DNA of 64,000 nucleotides from contig DASWNF010000005.1 of the NCBI GenBank assembly GCA_036399335.1, forward strand, positions 6,069-70,068, written 5' to 3'. The translations under genes and the position numbers were made by a program. This DNA comes from Minisyncoccota bacterium (GTDB taxonomy: Bacteria; Patescibacteriota; Minisyncoccia; Phycocordibacterales; Phycocordibacteraceae). Positions 17,126 through 27,141 of this stretch are shown here, piece after piece; within the stretch, counting starts at the first letter, position 1; the number at the start of each line of letters is the position of its first letter. A model generated the notes under the pieces. It was not told where the DNA came from and did no database searches. It saw only the letters and a list, made by a program, of their open reading frames with translations.

Positions 17126-17725
17126 ATGGAAGACCAGGAGCGTTCCCGGGGGTGGCAACAATGGGTGTTCGCACTCGGCGTTGCCGCCTTCGTATTCGCT
17201 ATCAACTATAACAACCACGTCTGGCACGCGACGCCCCTGCCGCGCGTCCTTGGCGAATCCATCCATGCGGTCCGCGTGACAAGCGACCATGCGGCCTATA
17301 CGGCTTCGCTGCTTGCGAGCCCTGCAGCAGCGCTCCTGCCCGTGCCCGTCGTCGGCGTCCCTTCTAGTGAAGTGGCCGATACCTTCGGCGCGCCGCGCGG
17401 CACCGACCGTACGCACCAAGGCGTCGATATCTTTGCGCCGCGTGGGACGTATATCCTTTCCGCGACCGAGGGTATCGTCGCGCGCATCGGTACGAACGGG
17501 CTCGGCGGGAATGTCGTATTCGTCCTTGGCCCCGGCGGCGAGCGGTACTACTATGCGCACCTCGACGAGGTTGACCCGGTGCTTGAGCTAGGCCAGCGGG
17601 TCAGTACCACGACCATCATCGGCCGGGTCGGTACGACCGGGAACGCCGCGGGAACGCCCCCGCACCTCCACTTCGGCATCTATGGCGCCGGAGGCGCCCA
17701 AAACCCCTTCTCGCGCCTGGATTAG
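17126..17725 (+). CDS. M23 family metallopeptidase
   Basis: HQGVDIFAPRGT...YAHL...TTGNAAGTPPHLHFGIY (HxxxD and HxH motifs), N-terminal TM anchor; start at MEDQERS Met. Confidence 0.8.
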   Translation: MEDQERSRGWQQWVFALGVAAFVFAINYNNHVWHATPLPRVLGESIHAVRVTSDHAAYTASLLASPAAALLPVPVVGVPSSEVADTFGAPRGTDRTHQGVDIFAPRGTYILSATEGIVARIGTNGLGGNVVFVLGPGGERYYYAHLDEVDPVLELGQRVSTTTIIGRVGTTGNAAGTPPHLHFGIYGAGGAQNPFSRLD

Positions 17726-17756
17726 CTTACGGAAGCTTTAGTACGCAGTATGACGC

Positions 17757-18341
17757 TCATAGGCTCTTGATGTCTGCGACAAGCTCAGGGAACTCTTCCT
17801 GATTAAAATGCCCACGGTCTTCAAAAGAACGTACTACGGCATTTGGTAGTGCAGCCGTATATTTTTCTACTTCTTCGTAGGGGACGACCTGATCATCCTT
17901 GCTGTGGTACAGGAAGATTGTTCCTGCCTGCTTGGCAAAATGTTCCAGCGAACTATCTATACTAAATTCAGGCAATGCGCGGTTACCGTTAGGATATGTA
18001 CCCGCAACCAGAACGGTAGCCACTATTTTTTTCGGGAAATTGTTCTCAGTTAGATATTTGACCAAGAAGTCAGCGCCAAGCGAATGGCCGATCAAGATAA
18101 CCTCGTCGTTAAGGAGCGGCACGTATTTTTCAAACCAAATACTCCACTCGCCATACTTGGCATTAAACGAATTAGGCATGCGCGGGAGAATTACTTGGTA
18201 GTTTGTGCCAAGCACTTCCTGTAATCCCGACTTCCATCCGCGACCTGGCTCGAGGTCAACTACGGCTTTTTTCAAGAAATCCAGGTACTCCCCGTACGTG
18301 TTAAAAGACTCCCCACCATGAATGGCTATTACCTGCTTCAT
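17757..18341 (-). CDS. alpha/beta hydrolase (YdeN/RBBP9-like serine hydrolase)
   Basis: 194 aa, nucleophile elbow ILIGHSLGADF, conserved Asp/His downstream. Confidence 0.7.
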   Translation of the reverse strand: MKQVIAIHGGESFNTYGEYLDFLKKAVVDLEPGRGWKSGLQEVLGTNYQVILPRMPNSFNAKYGEWSIWFEKYVPLLNDEVILIGHSLGADFLVKYLTENNFPKKIVATVLVAGTYPNGNRALPEFSIDSSLEHFAKQAGTIFLYHSKDDQVVPYEEVEKYTAALPNAVVRSFEDRGHFNQEEFPELVADIKSL

Positions 18342-18398
18342 ATCCGAAAGTATACCTGATTCATCGATGCTTCAGAGCCGACTCGCCATAGTACGCGC

Positions 18399-19583
18399 AT
18401 GAAAGCACTTACATTCCATGGCACCAAGAAAGTGGCAGTTGAAGAGGTCCCGGACCCCGTTATTAAGCACCCTAAGGATGTTGTTATACGCATAACCTCG
18501 ACCGCCATTTGCGGGTCGGACCTCCACCTCTTCGGCGGATACATCCCGACCGTACAGGACGGCGACATCCTCGGCCATGAGTTCATGGGTGAGATTGTCG
18601 ATATCGGCACGGAGGTGACCAAGCTCAAAATCGGTGACCGTATCGTCGTCCCTTTCGTTATCTCGTGCGGCGAGTGCGAATACTGCACCGAAGGACGGAC
18701 GTCGCTTTGCGACCGCTCAAACCCGAACAAGGAACTTGCGGAGAAGGTCTTCGGCTACTCCCCTGCCGGCCTTTACGGCTTCTCGCACATGTTTGGCGGG
18801 TACTGCGGCGGCCAGGCCGAATACGCGCGCGTGCCCTTTGCCGAGTCGAGCGTTTTCGTCGTCCCTGACAGCGTGCCGGACGAGCAGGCGCTCTTCCTGA
18901 CCGACATCTTCCCTACGGGCTTCATGGCAGCGGAGAACGCAAACATCAAGGAGGGCGACACCGTCGCCATTTGGGGTGCCGGTCCCGTGGGCCAATTCGC
19001 CATACGATCCGCATTCATGCTCGGCGCGGCGCGCGTCATCTCAATTGACCGCTTCCCCGAGCGCCTCGCCATGGCGCGCGAAGGAGGCGCCGAAACCCTT
19101 AACTATGAGGATGACGAGATGAACATCCCGGAGATACTGAAGGACATGACGAGCGGCCGCGGTCCTGACGCCTGCATCGACGCCGTCGGCATGGAGGCCC
19201 ACGGTGCAGGGACGCTCGGCTCACTCATGAATGTCTATGACCGCGCAAAGCAGGCGGTGATGCTTGAGAGCGATCGTCCGGCCGCTCTTCGCGAAATAAT
19301 CTATGCGGCGCGCAAAGGCTCGACCATATCCATACCCGGCGTGTACGGCGGGCTTTCGGACAAGTTCCCGCTCGGCATCGCCTTCAATAAAGGGCTTACG
19401 CTCAAGATGGGCCAGACCCATGTGCAGAGCTACGTGCCGAAGCTCCTCGAGCGCATACAGAAAGGCGATATCGACCCATCGTTCGTCATTACGCATCGCA
19501 TGCCGCTCCAGGACGCCGTCGAGGGATACCGCATCTTCCGCGATAAGGAAGACTCGTGCATTAAGGTCGTGCTGACGCCGTAG
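18399..19583 (+). CDS. zinc-dependent alcohol/formaldehyde dehydrogenase (MDR family)
   Basis: 394 aa; catalytic Zn site CGSDLH, structural Zn cluster CGECEYC..C, Rossmann GAGPVG. Confidence 0.9.
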   Translation: MKALTFHGTKKVAVEEVPDPVIKHPKDVVIRITSTAICGSDLHLFGGYIPTVQDGDILGHEFMGEIVDIGTEVTKLKIGDRIVVPFVISCGECEYCTEGRTSLCDRSNPNKELAEKVFGYSPAGLYGFSHMFGGYCGGQAEYARVPFAESSVFVVPDSVPDEQALFLTDIFPTGFMAAENANIKEGDTVAIWGAGPVGQFAIRSAFMLGAARVISIDRFPERLAMAREGGAETLNYEDDEMNIPEILKDMTSGRGPDACIDAVGMEAHGAGTLGSLMNVYDRAKQAVMLESDRPAALREIIYAARKGSTISIPGVYGGLSDKFPLGIAFNKGLTLKMGQTHVQSYVPKLLERIQKGDIDPSFVITHRMPLQDAVEGYRIFRDKEDSCIKVVLTP

Positions 19584-19618
19584 GGGTACGGCTAAGCACG
19601 GAAGGCGCACGCGATATG

Positions 19619-19645
19619 AAAAAGGCCCCGAGCGGGGCCTTTTTC
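19619..19645. terminator. bidirectional terminator AAAAAGGCCCCG-AG-CGGGGCCTTTTT
   Basis: perfect 7-bp GC stem with A5/T5 flanks. Confidence 0.7.
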
Positions 19646-19659
19646 ATAAGACGCTTCCC

Positions 19660-19965
19660 TTAGCGGGGCGACGAGGTCGAGGTGACGGTCGTCGTGCTGT
19701 TGAACGTGTTGTTTATGACGGAGGGTTCGATGCTTGCGCCCGTACCCGAACTGTTCGTTCCGGTGCCTCCCATGCCTGCACCCGTATTGGCTGCGGGCAC
19801 GGTGACGTTAACCTCATTGTCCGCGTTGTCAGAGCCGTTGAAGAGCTGCGGGAACAACATGAGGGCAAGGAGGAGAAGGATAATAATGACGACGATTGCC
19901 ACGATCCAGCCTCCCGCGCCGTTGCCGTTATTCGTCCCGTCAGGACCGTTTACTATAGTTGCCAT
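19660..19965 (-). CDS. small membrane protein with Gly/Thr/Asn-rich extracytoplasmic tail
   Basis: 101 aa, one TM helix (IVAIVVIIILLLLALMLF), GC3-rich codons on - strand; + strand ORF 19682..19972 judged antisense. Confidence 0.4.
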   Translation of the reverse strand: MATIVNGPDGTNNGNGAGGWIVAIVVIIILLLLALMLFPQLFNGSDNADNEVNVTVPAANTGAGMGGTGTNSSGTGASIEPSVINNTFNSTTTVTSTSSPR

Positions 19966-20025
19966 ATCTTGATATGCCGTTACTGCTAACGGTAGCAGCC
20001 TAGTACAGCGGAGGTGATAATTCGG

Positions 20026-20274
20026 TTAATTGCCGGTCTCGCCCAGGTGGCGCGTGAAGTGCTTCTTTATGGTTGAATCGAGCGCACGGCTGAAGTCGAT
20101 GGCGTGCTTCGGGGAAAGCACGATTTCACTGATGAGCTGGCCGGTGGTCGTATCGGGGCGCACGTATGCAAACTGGAGGACGACGGAGTCGTCCGATACG
20201 GTAACCTGCGTCGCATTACTGAATGTCGGCTTTGCCTGCTGGGGGATGCTAATCGCTATTTGTTTCTTTTCCAT
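20026..20274 (-). CDS. hypothetical small soluble protein
   Basis: 82 aa, stop overlaps next gene start region (operon of three small genes). Confidence 0.4.
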   Translation of the reverse strand: MEKKQIAISIPQQAKPTFSNATQVTVSDDSVVLQFAYVRPDTTTGQLISEIVLSPKHAIDFSRALDSTIKKHFTRHLGETGN

Positions 20275-20275
20275 G

Positions 20276-20488
20276 TTATCCGGGGATGATGCCTGTAATG
20301 ATGCCGGTGACCGTGGCGACGAAGCCTACAATGAGCCCCCATATCGAGTCCCAGCCTTCCTCCACCAGGCCGAGCACGAATCCCATGTTCGTCTGCGTCG
20401 TCGGGTTCTCGATAAGCCCTTGTATGGAAACGCCGAAGAATGACAGGAAGAGCACGATTATGACGGTCCAGAAGAGTATCCTGAGCAT
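20276..20488 (-). CDS. small two-TM membrane protein
   Basis: 70 aa, two hydrophobic helices. Confidence 0.4.
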   Translation of the reverse strand: MLRILFWTVIIVLFLSFFGVSIQGLIENPTTQTNMGFVLGLVEEGWDSIWGLIVGFVATVTGIITGIIPG

Positions 20489-20529
20489 GGAGCCAAGTAT
20501 ACCGCAGCGTTGCTATACTTTCCCCACGT

Positions 20530-21186
20530 ATGGTGAGAAGAAAACCCCAGGAAGAGGATCCCGCATTTATGGCCTATGAGCAGGAGGCCTTGCGGCACTT
20601 TAAGAAGGTGGACCCAATACTCTATGCCGCTGCACTGCCCCACCGGGGCAAGTTCGCGCTCCGACCTGACCCGAAGAGGCGCAATAGCGAGCTCTTCGCA
20701 TCGCTTGCGGCGAGCGTCGTCGGGCAGCAGCTTTCCATCAAGGCCGCCGACACAATTTGGGGGCGCGTAAAGGCCGCCGTAGGCGGCCGGGTGACGGCGC
20801 CTACCATTGCCGCAGCCCCCGAGTCGACACTCCGTGCGGCCGGACTCTCCGCCTCGAAGGTGAAGACATTGAAGGCGTTGTCGACTGCCGTGCTTCACGA
20901 TGGGCTTAATCTCCTCTCGCTCCGTACGCTGACCTATGAAGAAGCGTGCGCACGCCTTACGCAAATTTGGGGCATCGGCCCCTGGACGGTCGAGATGTTC
21001 CTCATCTTCGCGCTCGGCGCCCGCGACATCTTCTCACCCGGCGACCTCGGCCTCGTGCGGGCGATAGAGAAGCTCTACGGCCTCCCCAAGGGCGCGCCGC
21101 GTGATGTCCTCGTCAGCATCGCCAATACTTGGTCACCCCACCGTTCCTTTGCCTGCCTCGTCCTTTGGCGGGTGTATGAGTCCTAG
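20530..21186 (+). CDS. alkA: DNA-3-methyladenine glycosylase II (HhH-GPD family)
   Basis: 218 aa, HhH-GPD region GIGPWTVEMFLIFALGARDIFSPGDLGL with catalytic Asp. Confidence 0.85.
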   Translation: MVRRKPQEEDPAFMAYEQEALRHFKKVDPILYAAALPHRGKFALRPDPKRRNSELFASLAASVVGQQLSIKAADTIWGRVKAAVGGRVTAPTIAAAPESTLRAAGLSASKVKTLKALSTAVLHDGLNLLSLRTLTYEEACARLTQIWGIGPWTVEMFLIFALGARDIFSPGDLGLVRAIEKLYGLPKGAPRDVLVSIANTWSPHRSFACLVLWRVYES

Positions 21187-21280
21187 GGAGCCCGCCTCCA
21201 GTAGGGCTTGACTATAAAGTATAATCCTGTATAATGGGATATGGGGTGCTTTTGCCCTTTGAATAACAGGAGATATCACG

Positions 21281-21952
21281 ATGTCGAGTTTTGGCGCTGC
21301 TTATGCAGCCTCGACTGATTACATTCCCGTCCCCGTCATCGCGCGCGAGACCCTGCATACGGGCCCCGTCGTGAAGGTGAAGGTTCCCGTCGGTGCGAAC
21401 GACGGCGCCTATCCGGACGGGGATGAGATGGTCCCCTTCATGGCGTTCCACCACAACGTCCCCGGCGGCTTCGTGAAGTTCTTCGTCCATTCGGGCGATG
21501 CTGCACTGCGCGGCAAGACCATCACGGCCTCGGCGAGCGTGCACCGGAAGCAGCTCCAGGATGACCGCCTCTACCTCTACGTCGACCTTCATCCGGTCGA
21601 CGCCGACACGCCGGTCACCCACCGTCTGGCCGTCCTGCCGAAGGGGCCGGGGTCGTGGGATGCGCTCGATCACACGAAGTTCGAGACGCCGGCGCCCATC
21701 AACGGCCTCGTCATCTTCGCGCCTCCGGAAGCGAAGCTCGTTCCCGAAGGAATGGTGGTGCAGCTGCCGAAGCCCGCTCCCGCAAGGAAGTCGACCGGCG
21801 ACTCGCAGCTCGACCGCCTGCTCGAAGCCGGCTGGGAGATCGGCAGCGAGAACACCACCCAGGTGCTTCTCTTCCACATGAAGGGCGACGTGCGCAAGAC
21901 GATGACCCACTACCGTCCGAAGAAGGCGGTCGACAAGCAGCGGCGCAGGTAA
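21281..21952 (+). CDS. hypothetical protein
   Basis: 223 aa, AGGAGA SD; opposite-strand ORF 21212..21970 is Arg/Leu-rich antisense junk. Confidence 0.45.
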   Translation: MSSFGAAYAASTDYIPVPVIARETLHTGPVVKVKVPVGANDGAYPDGDEMVPFMAFHHNVPGGFVKFFVHSGDAALRGKTITASASVHRKQLQDDRLYLYVDLHPVDADTPVTHRLAVLPKGPGSWDALDHTKFETPAPINGLVIFAPPEAKLVPEGMVVQLPKPAPARKSTGDSQLDRLLEAGWEIGSENTTQVLLFHMKGDVRKTMTHYRPKKAVDKQRRR

Positions 21953-21993
21953 AACTGCCAACCGACCCAACGTAAACCGTCCAACCTATACAG

Positions 21994-22027
21994 AGCCCGT
22001 CCGGTGATTCGGACGGGCTTTTTTTAT
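21994..22027 (+). terminator. intrinsic terminator AGCCCGTCCG-GTGATT-CGGACGGGCT then T7
   Basis: perfect 10-bp stem and long T-tract. Confidence 0.75.
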
Positions 22028-22081
22028 TTCCGCTATCTACCGTCAATACTTCCGTACCTAGGCTGTATACTAGGAACACCT

Positions 22082-22621
22082 ATGGGAAAAGAAGGATCGC
22101 AATTCCAGTTCAACCTAACGCCAGGCAGTAGGCCCGTAAGAATTCCCGAGCAGGTGTCCGGTGAGGCCACGGAGTCAGCAGAAGCCGAACACCTGCCGAC
22201 GACCGCGCGCGACCTTGCAAACCCGGAGATGCTCCGGCAAATCGAAGGCAAACACCTCTGGAGCAAGAACGAAGGGCACCATATCGGTACCATCGTAAAC
22301 GTGCTCGACCGGAGGAGCGAAGGGATTATCGCCGTACTCCATGACGGCGAGCATGTGCGTCTCTTCCCTGCCGAAGATGTGCGCGTGTATGACGAGTCTA
22401 CGCGCCAGACCACTTCGCTCGAAGACCTCCGTAGGAACGACTTCCTCATCGAGGGTACGCACACCCTCCGGATATTGAGTAATACGTCCGACATTTCAAC
22501 TACCGGGCACCGGCGCATTACCTTTGACGGTCATCCTGCGCGCACCTACGACGAGGACGATGCCCACCTGGAATTCAGGGTCATACGGACCCCCGATAAG
22601 GACATCTTGCACGCTACGTAA
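22082..22621 (+). CDS. hypothetical protein
   Basis: 179 aa from MGKEGSQ Met downstream of terminator; no recognisable motif. Confidence 0.4.
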   Translation: MGKEGSQFQFNLTPGSRPVRIPEQVSGEATESAEAEHLPTTARDLANPEMLRQIEGKHLWSKNEGHHIGTIVNVLDRRSEGIIAVLHDGEHVRLFPAEDVRVYDESTRQTTSLEDLRRNDFLIEGTHTLRILSNTSDISTTGHRRITFDGHPARTYDEDDAHLEFRVIRTPDKDILHAT

Positions 22622-22653
22622 AAACACCGGCGCCATGGGCGCCGGTGTTTTTC
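22621..22653. terminator. bidirectional terminator ACACCGGCGCC-ATG-GGCGCCGGTGT with A4/T5 flanks
   Basis: perfect 11-bp stem. Confidence 0.75.
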
Positions 22654-22668
22654 AATACCTACTTCACT

Positions 22669-24051
22669 CTAGAGGTACGACATCGGGTTCAGGTAAGCGT
22701 CCTTAGGCGCCACCGGCATGCGTGCATTCGCGCACGGCGTGGTAGCACCCCGGTACTGCCCAAGGGTGAGGATCTGCGTACCCTGGCTCGCATATACGCC
22801 GAAGTGGAGGTGCGGGCCGGTCGCGTACCCCGTCATGCCCGAGTAGCCGAGTACCGAGCCTGTCGACACGGATTGTCCGGGAGAGACGCTGATGCTTGAA
22901 AGGTGCGAGTAGAGGGTCGAGAGGCCGTTTGCGTGCTTCACGAGTACCCACTTGCCGAAGGAGTAGCAGCCCGGGATGGCGTCCGTATTGCCGGTACCGG
23001 TGACGCTTCCCGAGAGCGAGGCGAGCACGGCCGTGCCGGTCGGCATGCCGATGTCGATGGCATTATGTCCCGAACCGTTATATACCTGCGGGTTTGCGGT
23101 CGAGAATGGGGTCGTGCCGAAGTACTGGGTGATGCAGTAGCGGTTGCCGAGCGCTCCGGCCTTTGACTGGCAGGTGGCCGCAAAGGCTGCCGTGTACGGC
23201 CACGCGAGGACGCCAGTGCCGACGCTCGGGATGACGGCCGGGTTCACATCGACCTTGAGGCTGTCCTCAAGTGCGGAGAGCGCGGACTCGAAGGCTTTCT
23301 GCTGCGAGCGCTTCTGCGCGATGATTGACTGGTAGCTCGATTCCGTCTGCTTGGTTTGGCCGAGGAGGCGCTGCTTTTCGCGCTTGTTCGCATCGAGCTC
23401 CCCTTGCTGGGCTGCGAGCTGGCGGCGGAGTTGGCCGAGCTCGGCGCGCGTCGCTTCGACGGCGGTGTGCTGGCCAGTGAGTACGATGCGGTCCGAGGCG
23501 AGGCCTTCGGCGTTCTCACGGAGCGCGCGGCTCACTTCCGTCAGGTGGTCGGCCGTCGTCCAGCCGTCGGCAAAGGTGCCGGAGGCGAAGACGCGTTCGA
23601 TAAGGCCGCGCTCCCCTTCCTGGTGGAGCTTCCGGATGGACTGCGCGATGGCCTTCTGGTCGAGCGCGATGGCCTCCGACTTGTCGGTAATCTTAAAGGC
23701 AAGCTCGTCGAGTTTCAGGTTCGTCGCATTAATCTTCGCCTGGGTTACGGAAATCTGCGCAAGGATCTTCTGGCGCGACACGTCAATCGACTTGATCGAG
23801 CCTTCGAGGGTCTGCTTCTGCCCGCTGATGACGTTCAGCTCTTTCTGGTACGTGGCGATTTCGCGCTCAAGCGCCGCAATCTGCTCGTTGTGGCTATCGA
23901 TCTGCGACCGTATGTCGGTTACGGTCGGCGCCTGGGCCTCGGCTAGGTGTGCAAGGAGCCCGGCGATCACGAGGAGCGTGGCCAGGAGTACGGCAAGGTT
24001 CGCAAAGGAACGGATGGAAGCACGGGAACTCATACGGCTAGTATAAACCAC
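22669..24051 (-). CDS. coiled-coil M23 peptidase (EnvC-like murein hydrolase/activator)
   Basis: 460 aa; signal/TM, long coiled-coil (Q/E/L-rich), C-terminal M23 domain (HNAIDIGMP...GPHLHFGVY). Confidence 0.85.
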   Translation of the reverse strand: MVYTSRMSSRASIRSFANLAVLLATLLVIAGLLAHLAEAQAPTVTDIRSQIDSHNEQIAALEREIATYQKELNVISGQKQTLEGSIKSIDVSRQKILAQISVTQAKINATNLKLDELAFKITDKSEAIALDQKAIAQSIRKLHQEGERGLIERVFASGTFADGWTTADHLTEVSRALRENAEGLASDRIVLTGQHTAVEATRAELGQLRRQLAAQQGELDANKREKQRLLGQTKQTESSYQSIIAQKRSQQKAFESALSALEDSLKVDVNPAVIPSVGTGVLAWPYTAAFAATCQSKAGALGNRYCITQYFGTTPFSTANPQVYNGSGHNAIDIGMPTGTAVLASLSGSVTGTGNTDAIPGCYSFGKWVLVKHANGLSTLYSHLSSISVSPGQSVSTGSVLGYSGMTGYATGPHLHFGVYASQGTQILTLGQYRGATTPCANARMPVAPKDAYLNPMSYL

Positions 24052-24096
24052 GATAGCGTATCCGCCATGTGGGTACCGTGCGGCAAGGCTTACGTA

Positions 24097-25527
24097 CTAT
24101 ATGAGCGCAATGGCCGCGCGTACGCGCGCAAGGGACTCTTCCCGGCCAAGGACATGGATAAGGGAAAAGGGGTCGGGAGAACGCTCGGCTCCCGAAAGCG
24201 CGTAACGAAGCGGCCACAGGGCCGCGCCCCGTCCGCCTGCTTCCTTAGGGATGGTGTCGGCATACGGCATAAGCGCGGCCTTAACCTCATCAGATACGGC
24301 GCCGTCCGGGAGCGCCTCGATGTGCGCCATAAGTGTTTCAAGGTGGCTTGTTGCCGCAGCCTCGCCTCCCTCCTTGGCCTTCGCAAGGAGGACGGTCCGG
24401 TCAAGGGCAGGTGCCGTAAACAGGAAGCCGAGTTCCCCTTCGAATATTTCGCGGGCCTCGAGGAGCGTGTACGCGCGCTCGCGAATAAGGGGGAGTGCGC
24501 GCATGAGCCGGGCCTCGTCCGGTGTCGTTAATGCCGCTTCCTTAAGGAAGGCGTCGTCGGGGAGCGTCCGCAGGTGCTCGCGGTTCAGGTGCCGAAGCTT
24601 TGCCGTATCAAACTGTGCACCGCTCTTCTGGACGCGCTCAAGGGAGAATTCACGGACGAGGTCCTCGGGCGTGAATACTTCCTGGTCTCCCGCCGGGTGC
24701 CAGCCAAGGAGCGCAAGGAAGTTCATCATCGCCTCGGGCAGGATCCCCTCCTCGCGGTAATCAAGGACGTCTTTTGCGCCGTCGCGCTTTCCGAGCTTTT
24801 TGTTCCCGGTCTCGTTTAAGATCGGCGGCAAGGTAGCGAAAATCGGCGGCTTCTGGTCGAGTGCGTCATAGAGTGAGAGGAATTTCGGTGTTGAGGGGAT
24901 GAACTCCTGCGCGCGCATGACGTGCGTGATCTTCATCTCGATATCGTCGACGACGTGCGCGAAGTTATACGTCGGGTACCCGTCGCTCTTTATAAGTATG
25001 AAATCGTCGAGCGCTTCTTCTCCTGCGGACAATTTCCCAAAGACGACGTCTTCCCACTCGTATCGCTTGATGATCGGCACCTTGAACCGGAGCGGCGATA
25101 CGCCGTTCCATTCGGTAAGCGTTTCGGGGCGATGGTCGCGGAACAAGAAGGGACGCTTTTCTACCTCTGCCTGCTTGCGGAAGCCTTCAACGTCCGCTTC
25201 TGTATACGGGTCGGGGTACGCAAAGCCTGCCGCAAGCAGCTGTTCTGCGTAGCGACGATGCGAGTCGAGCCGCGCTGACTGTAAGTACGGCTCATAGGGC
25301 CCGCCTACATCGATGCTCTCGTCCCAGTCGATGCCCAGCCATTTCAAGGACTCCATGATGTGCCCTATCGAACCCTCGACCTCGCGCGCCTTGTCCGTGT
25401 CCTCAATGCGCAGGATGAATTTCCCGCCGTGCTTACGGGCATAGAGCCAGGCGTAGAGGGCCGTGCGCACGCCGCCTACGTGCATGAAGCCGGTGGGGCT
25501 GGGGGCGAATCGTGTCCTAACAGTCAT
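24097..25527 (-). CDS. gltX: glutamate--tRNA ligase
   Basis: 476 aa; HIGH-region variant HVGGVRTALYAW, class-I GluRS catalytic core and anticodon-binding C-terminus. Confidence 0.92.
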   Translation of the reverse strand: MTVRTRFAPSPTGFMHVGGVRTALYAWLYARKHGGKFILRIEDTDKAREVEGSIGHIMESLKWLGIDWDESIDVGGPYEPYLQSARLDSHRRYAEQLLAAGFAYPDPYTEADVEGFRKQAEVEKRPFLFRDHRPETLTEWNGVSPLRFKVPIIKRYEWEDVVFGKLSAGEEALDDFILIKSDGYPTYNFAHVVDDIEMKITHVMRAQEFIPSTPKFLSLYDALDQKPPIFATLPPILNETGNKKLGKRDGAKDVLDYREEGILPEAMMNFLALLGWHPAGDQEVFTPEDLVREFSLERVQKSGAQFDTAKLRHLNREHLRTLPDDAFLKEAALTTPDEARLMRALPLIRERAYTLLEAREIFEGELGFLFTAPALDRTVLLAKAKEGGEAAATSHLETLMAHIEALPDGAVSDEVKAALMPYADTIPKEAGGRGAALWPLRYALSGAERSPDPFSLIHVLGREESLARVRAAIALI

Positions 25528-25538
25528 ATCCCGACACC

Positions 25539-26684
25539 TTAGGCTTTAGCAGTGCCGTGCGCAAGCGCGATACTGAGAAGCTCCTCGGCAATCAACCGGG
25601 CGGCGTCTGGGTTGGCGAAGCCTTGGGCGGCCTTTGCCATGGCCCCGGCAACGGCTGGGTTTGAGAGGCGTTTCAATTCCGATACGAGGATGTGCGGGGT
25701 CATATTCTCCTCCTCAAGCACTTCGGCTGCGCCCGTGCGCGCGTAGGCATAGGCGTTCGTGCGCTGGTCGTGGCTTACCGACTCCGGTATCGGGATGAGT
25801 ATGGCCGGGCGGCCCCAGAGGGAGATTTCGGTAATGGCCGTAGCGCCTGCGCGCGAGACGACGATGTGCGAGGCACCGGCAGCGCGCCTGAGGCTCTCAA
25901 GGGTCAGGAATGGGAAGGCGTGGTATCGCTCCTTGTGCGCCGCCGTCTCAAGGATGACGCGTGAGCGGGCTTGTACCTCGTCGAAGTTCGCCTTCCCGGT
26001 CTGGTGGATGACGTTTGCGAATGCGGTTATCTCCGGAAGCGCCGCGAGTACGATCTCGTTAATGCGCTGTGAGCCGAGCGAGCCGCCGAGGATGAGCACC
26101 GTCGGTACGGAACGGTCGAGGCCGAGCTCTTCTGCTGCCCCTTCGCTGAGCGGATGTGTGATGAGCTCGCGGACGGGAATACCGGTACGGGCGATGTTGC
26201 CCCGCACCTTCTTCGGGAAGTACGGAATCGAAGATTCGAAGGTTACGGCGATGCGTTTAGCGAATCGGGCGGTGAGCAGGGTCGCGCGCGCCGGCTTTGA
26301 GTCTGACTCGTGGACGACGACCGGGATGCCGAGGATGCGCGCAGCGAGGACTACGGGCACGCTCGCATAGCCGCTCCGGGAGAAGACGACATCGGGATAT
26401 ATGCGGAAGAGCGCAAAGAAGGCGACGATGATGCCACCGAAGGTTAAGAATGCATCCGTGAAGTTCTTAAAGCTGAAGTACCGGCGCAACTTCCCTGCCG
26501 GGACGCGTACGTGCGCGATGCCGTTCTCAAAGAGCGCTTGGGCGTCATAGGGATCCGGTGCCAGGAAGAAAAGCTGGGGCTCCATGAACCGATTCTCGCT
26601 TGCGAGCTTCCGGATCGCTTCGGCGACGGCGATGTGGGGATAGAAATGGCCGCCCGTACCCGACCCGGCAAAAACAATTTTCAT
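25539..26684 (-). CDS. murG: UDP-GlcNAc:undecaprenyl-PP-MurNAc-pentapeptide GlcNAc transferase MurG
   Basis: 381 aa; N-terminal MKIVFAGSGTGGHFYP, GT28 fold. Confidence 0.9.
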   Translation of the reverse strand: MKIVFAGSGTGGHFYPHIAVAEAIRKLASENRFMEPQLFFLAPDPYDAQALFENGIAHVRVPAGKLRRYFSFKNFTDAFLTFGGIIVAFFALFRIYPDVVFSRSGYASVPVVLAARILGIPVVVHESDSKPARATLLTARFAKRIAVTFESSIPYFPKKVRGNIARTGIPVRELITHPLSEGAAEELGLDRSVPTVLILGGSLGSQRINEIVLAALPEITAFANVIHQTGKANFDEVQARSRVILETAAHKERYHAFPFLTLESLRRAAGASHIVVSRAGATAITEISLWGRPAILIPIPESVSHDQRTNAYAYARTGAAEVLEEENMTPHILVSELKRLSNPAVAGAMAKAAQGFANPDAARLIAEELLSIALAHGTAKA

Positions 26685-26702
26685 AGGCGTTACGCCACTA
26701 TA

Positions 26703-27140
26703 TCACGCCAACCGGCCGGCATATTTCTTGAGGATGTATGGTAATTGCGAATGAAGCGGCGCCGGCAAGGCATCCAAGCGGAACCATCCTATCTCATCAA
26801 ATTTATGCGGCTCACCATTCCTGACGCTTTTACGGTTGACCCGCACCTTGAAATCGAGCGCAATCCAGTGGGTCTTTTCCCCTTCGTGCTCGCGGTGGGC
26901 TTCGCTGTACCCGAGGAATTCGTGCTCGAGGATGTCCGCACAGTATTCTTCGGCAATTTCTCTTTTGAGCGTGTCGAGCACGTTGTCATGGAGTTCGAGC
27001 CCGCCGCCGCCTGCGTCCCAGGTGCCATGTTCATCACGGCATCGGATACCCCGTTTGCTGAAAAGGAAGTTGCCTTCCCCGTCGTGGCAAAAGAAGGAGA
27101 CGACAATGCCCACGTAATCTATGCCTTTGCGCGGTTCCAT
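26703..27140 (-). CDS. NUDIX hydrolase
   Basis: start at internal Met MEPRKGIDYVG (27140); Nudix box GGGGLELHDNVLDTLKREIAEEYCADI; track ORF extends to 27356 with junk N-terminus. Confidence 0.8.
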   Translation of the reverse strand: MEPRKGIDYVGIVVSFFCHDGEGNFLFSKRGIRCRDEHGTWDAGGGGLELHDNVLDTLKREIAEEYCADILEHEFLGYSEAHREHEGEKTHWIALDFKVRVNRKSVRNGEPHKFDEIGWFRLDALPAPLHSQLPYILKKYAGRLA

Positions 27141-27141
27141 A

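Noticed and set aside
19682-19972. + strand alternative to the 19660..19965 gene
   Set aside because: Starts inside the upstream terminator. The minus-strand frame has GC3-rich codons, a TM helix and the shared terminator downstream.
21212-21970. 252-aa minus-strand ORF
   Set aside because: Antisense to 21281..21952, which has an AGGAGA SD and normal composition. Minus-strand product is R/H/L-rich.
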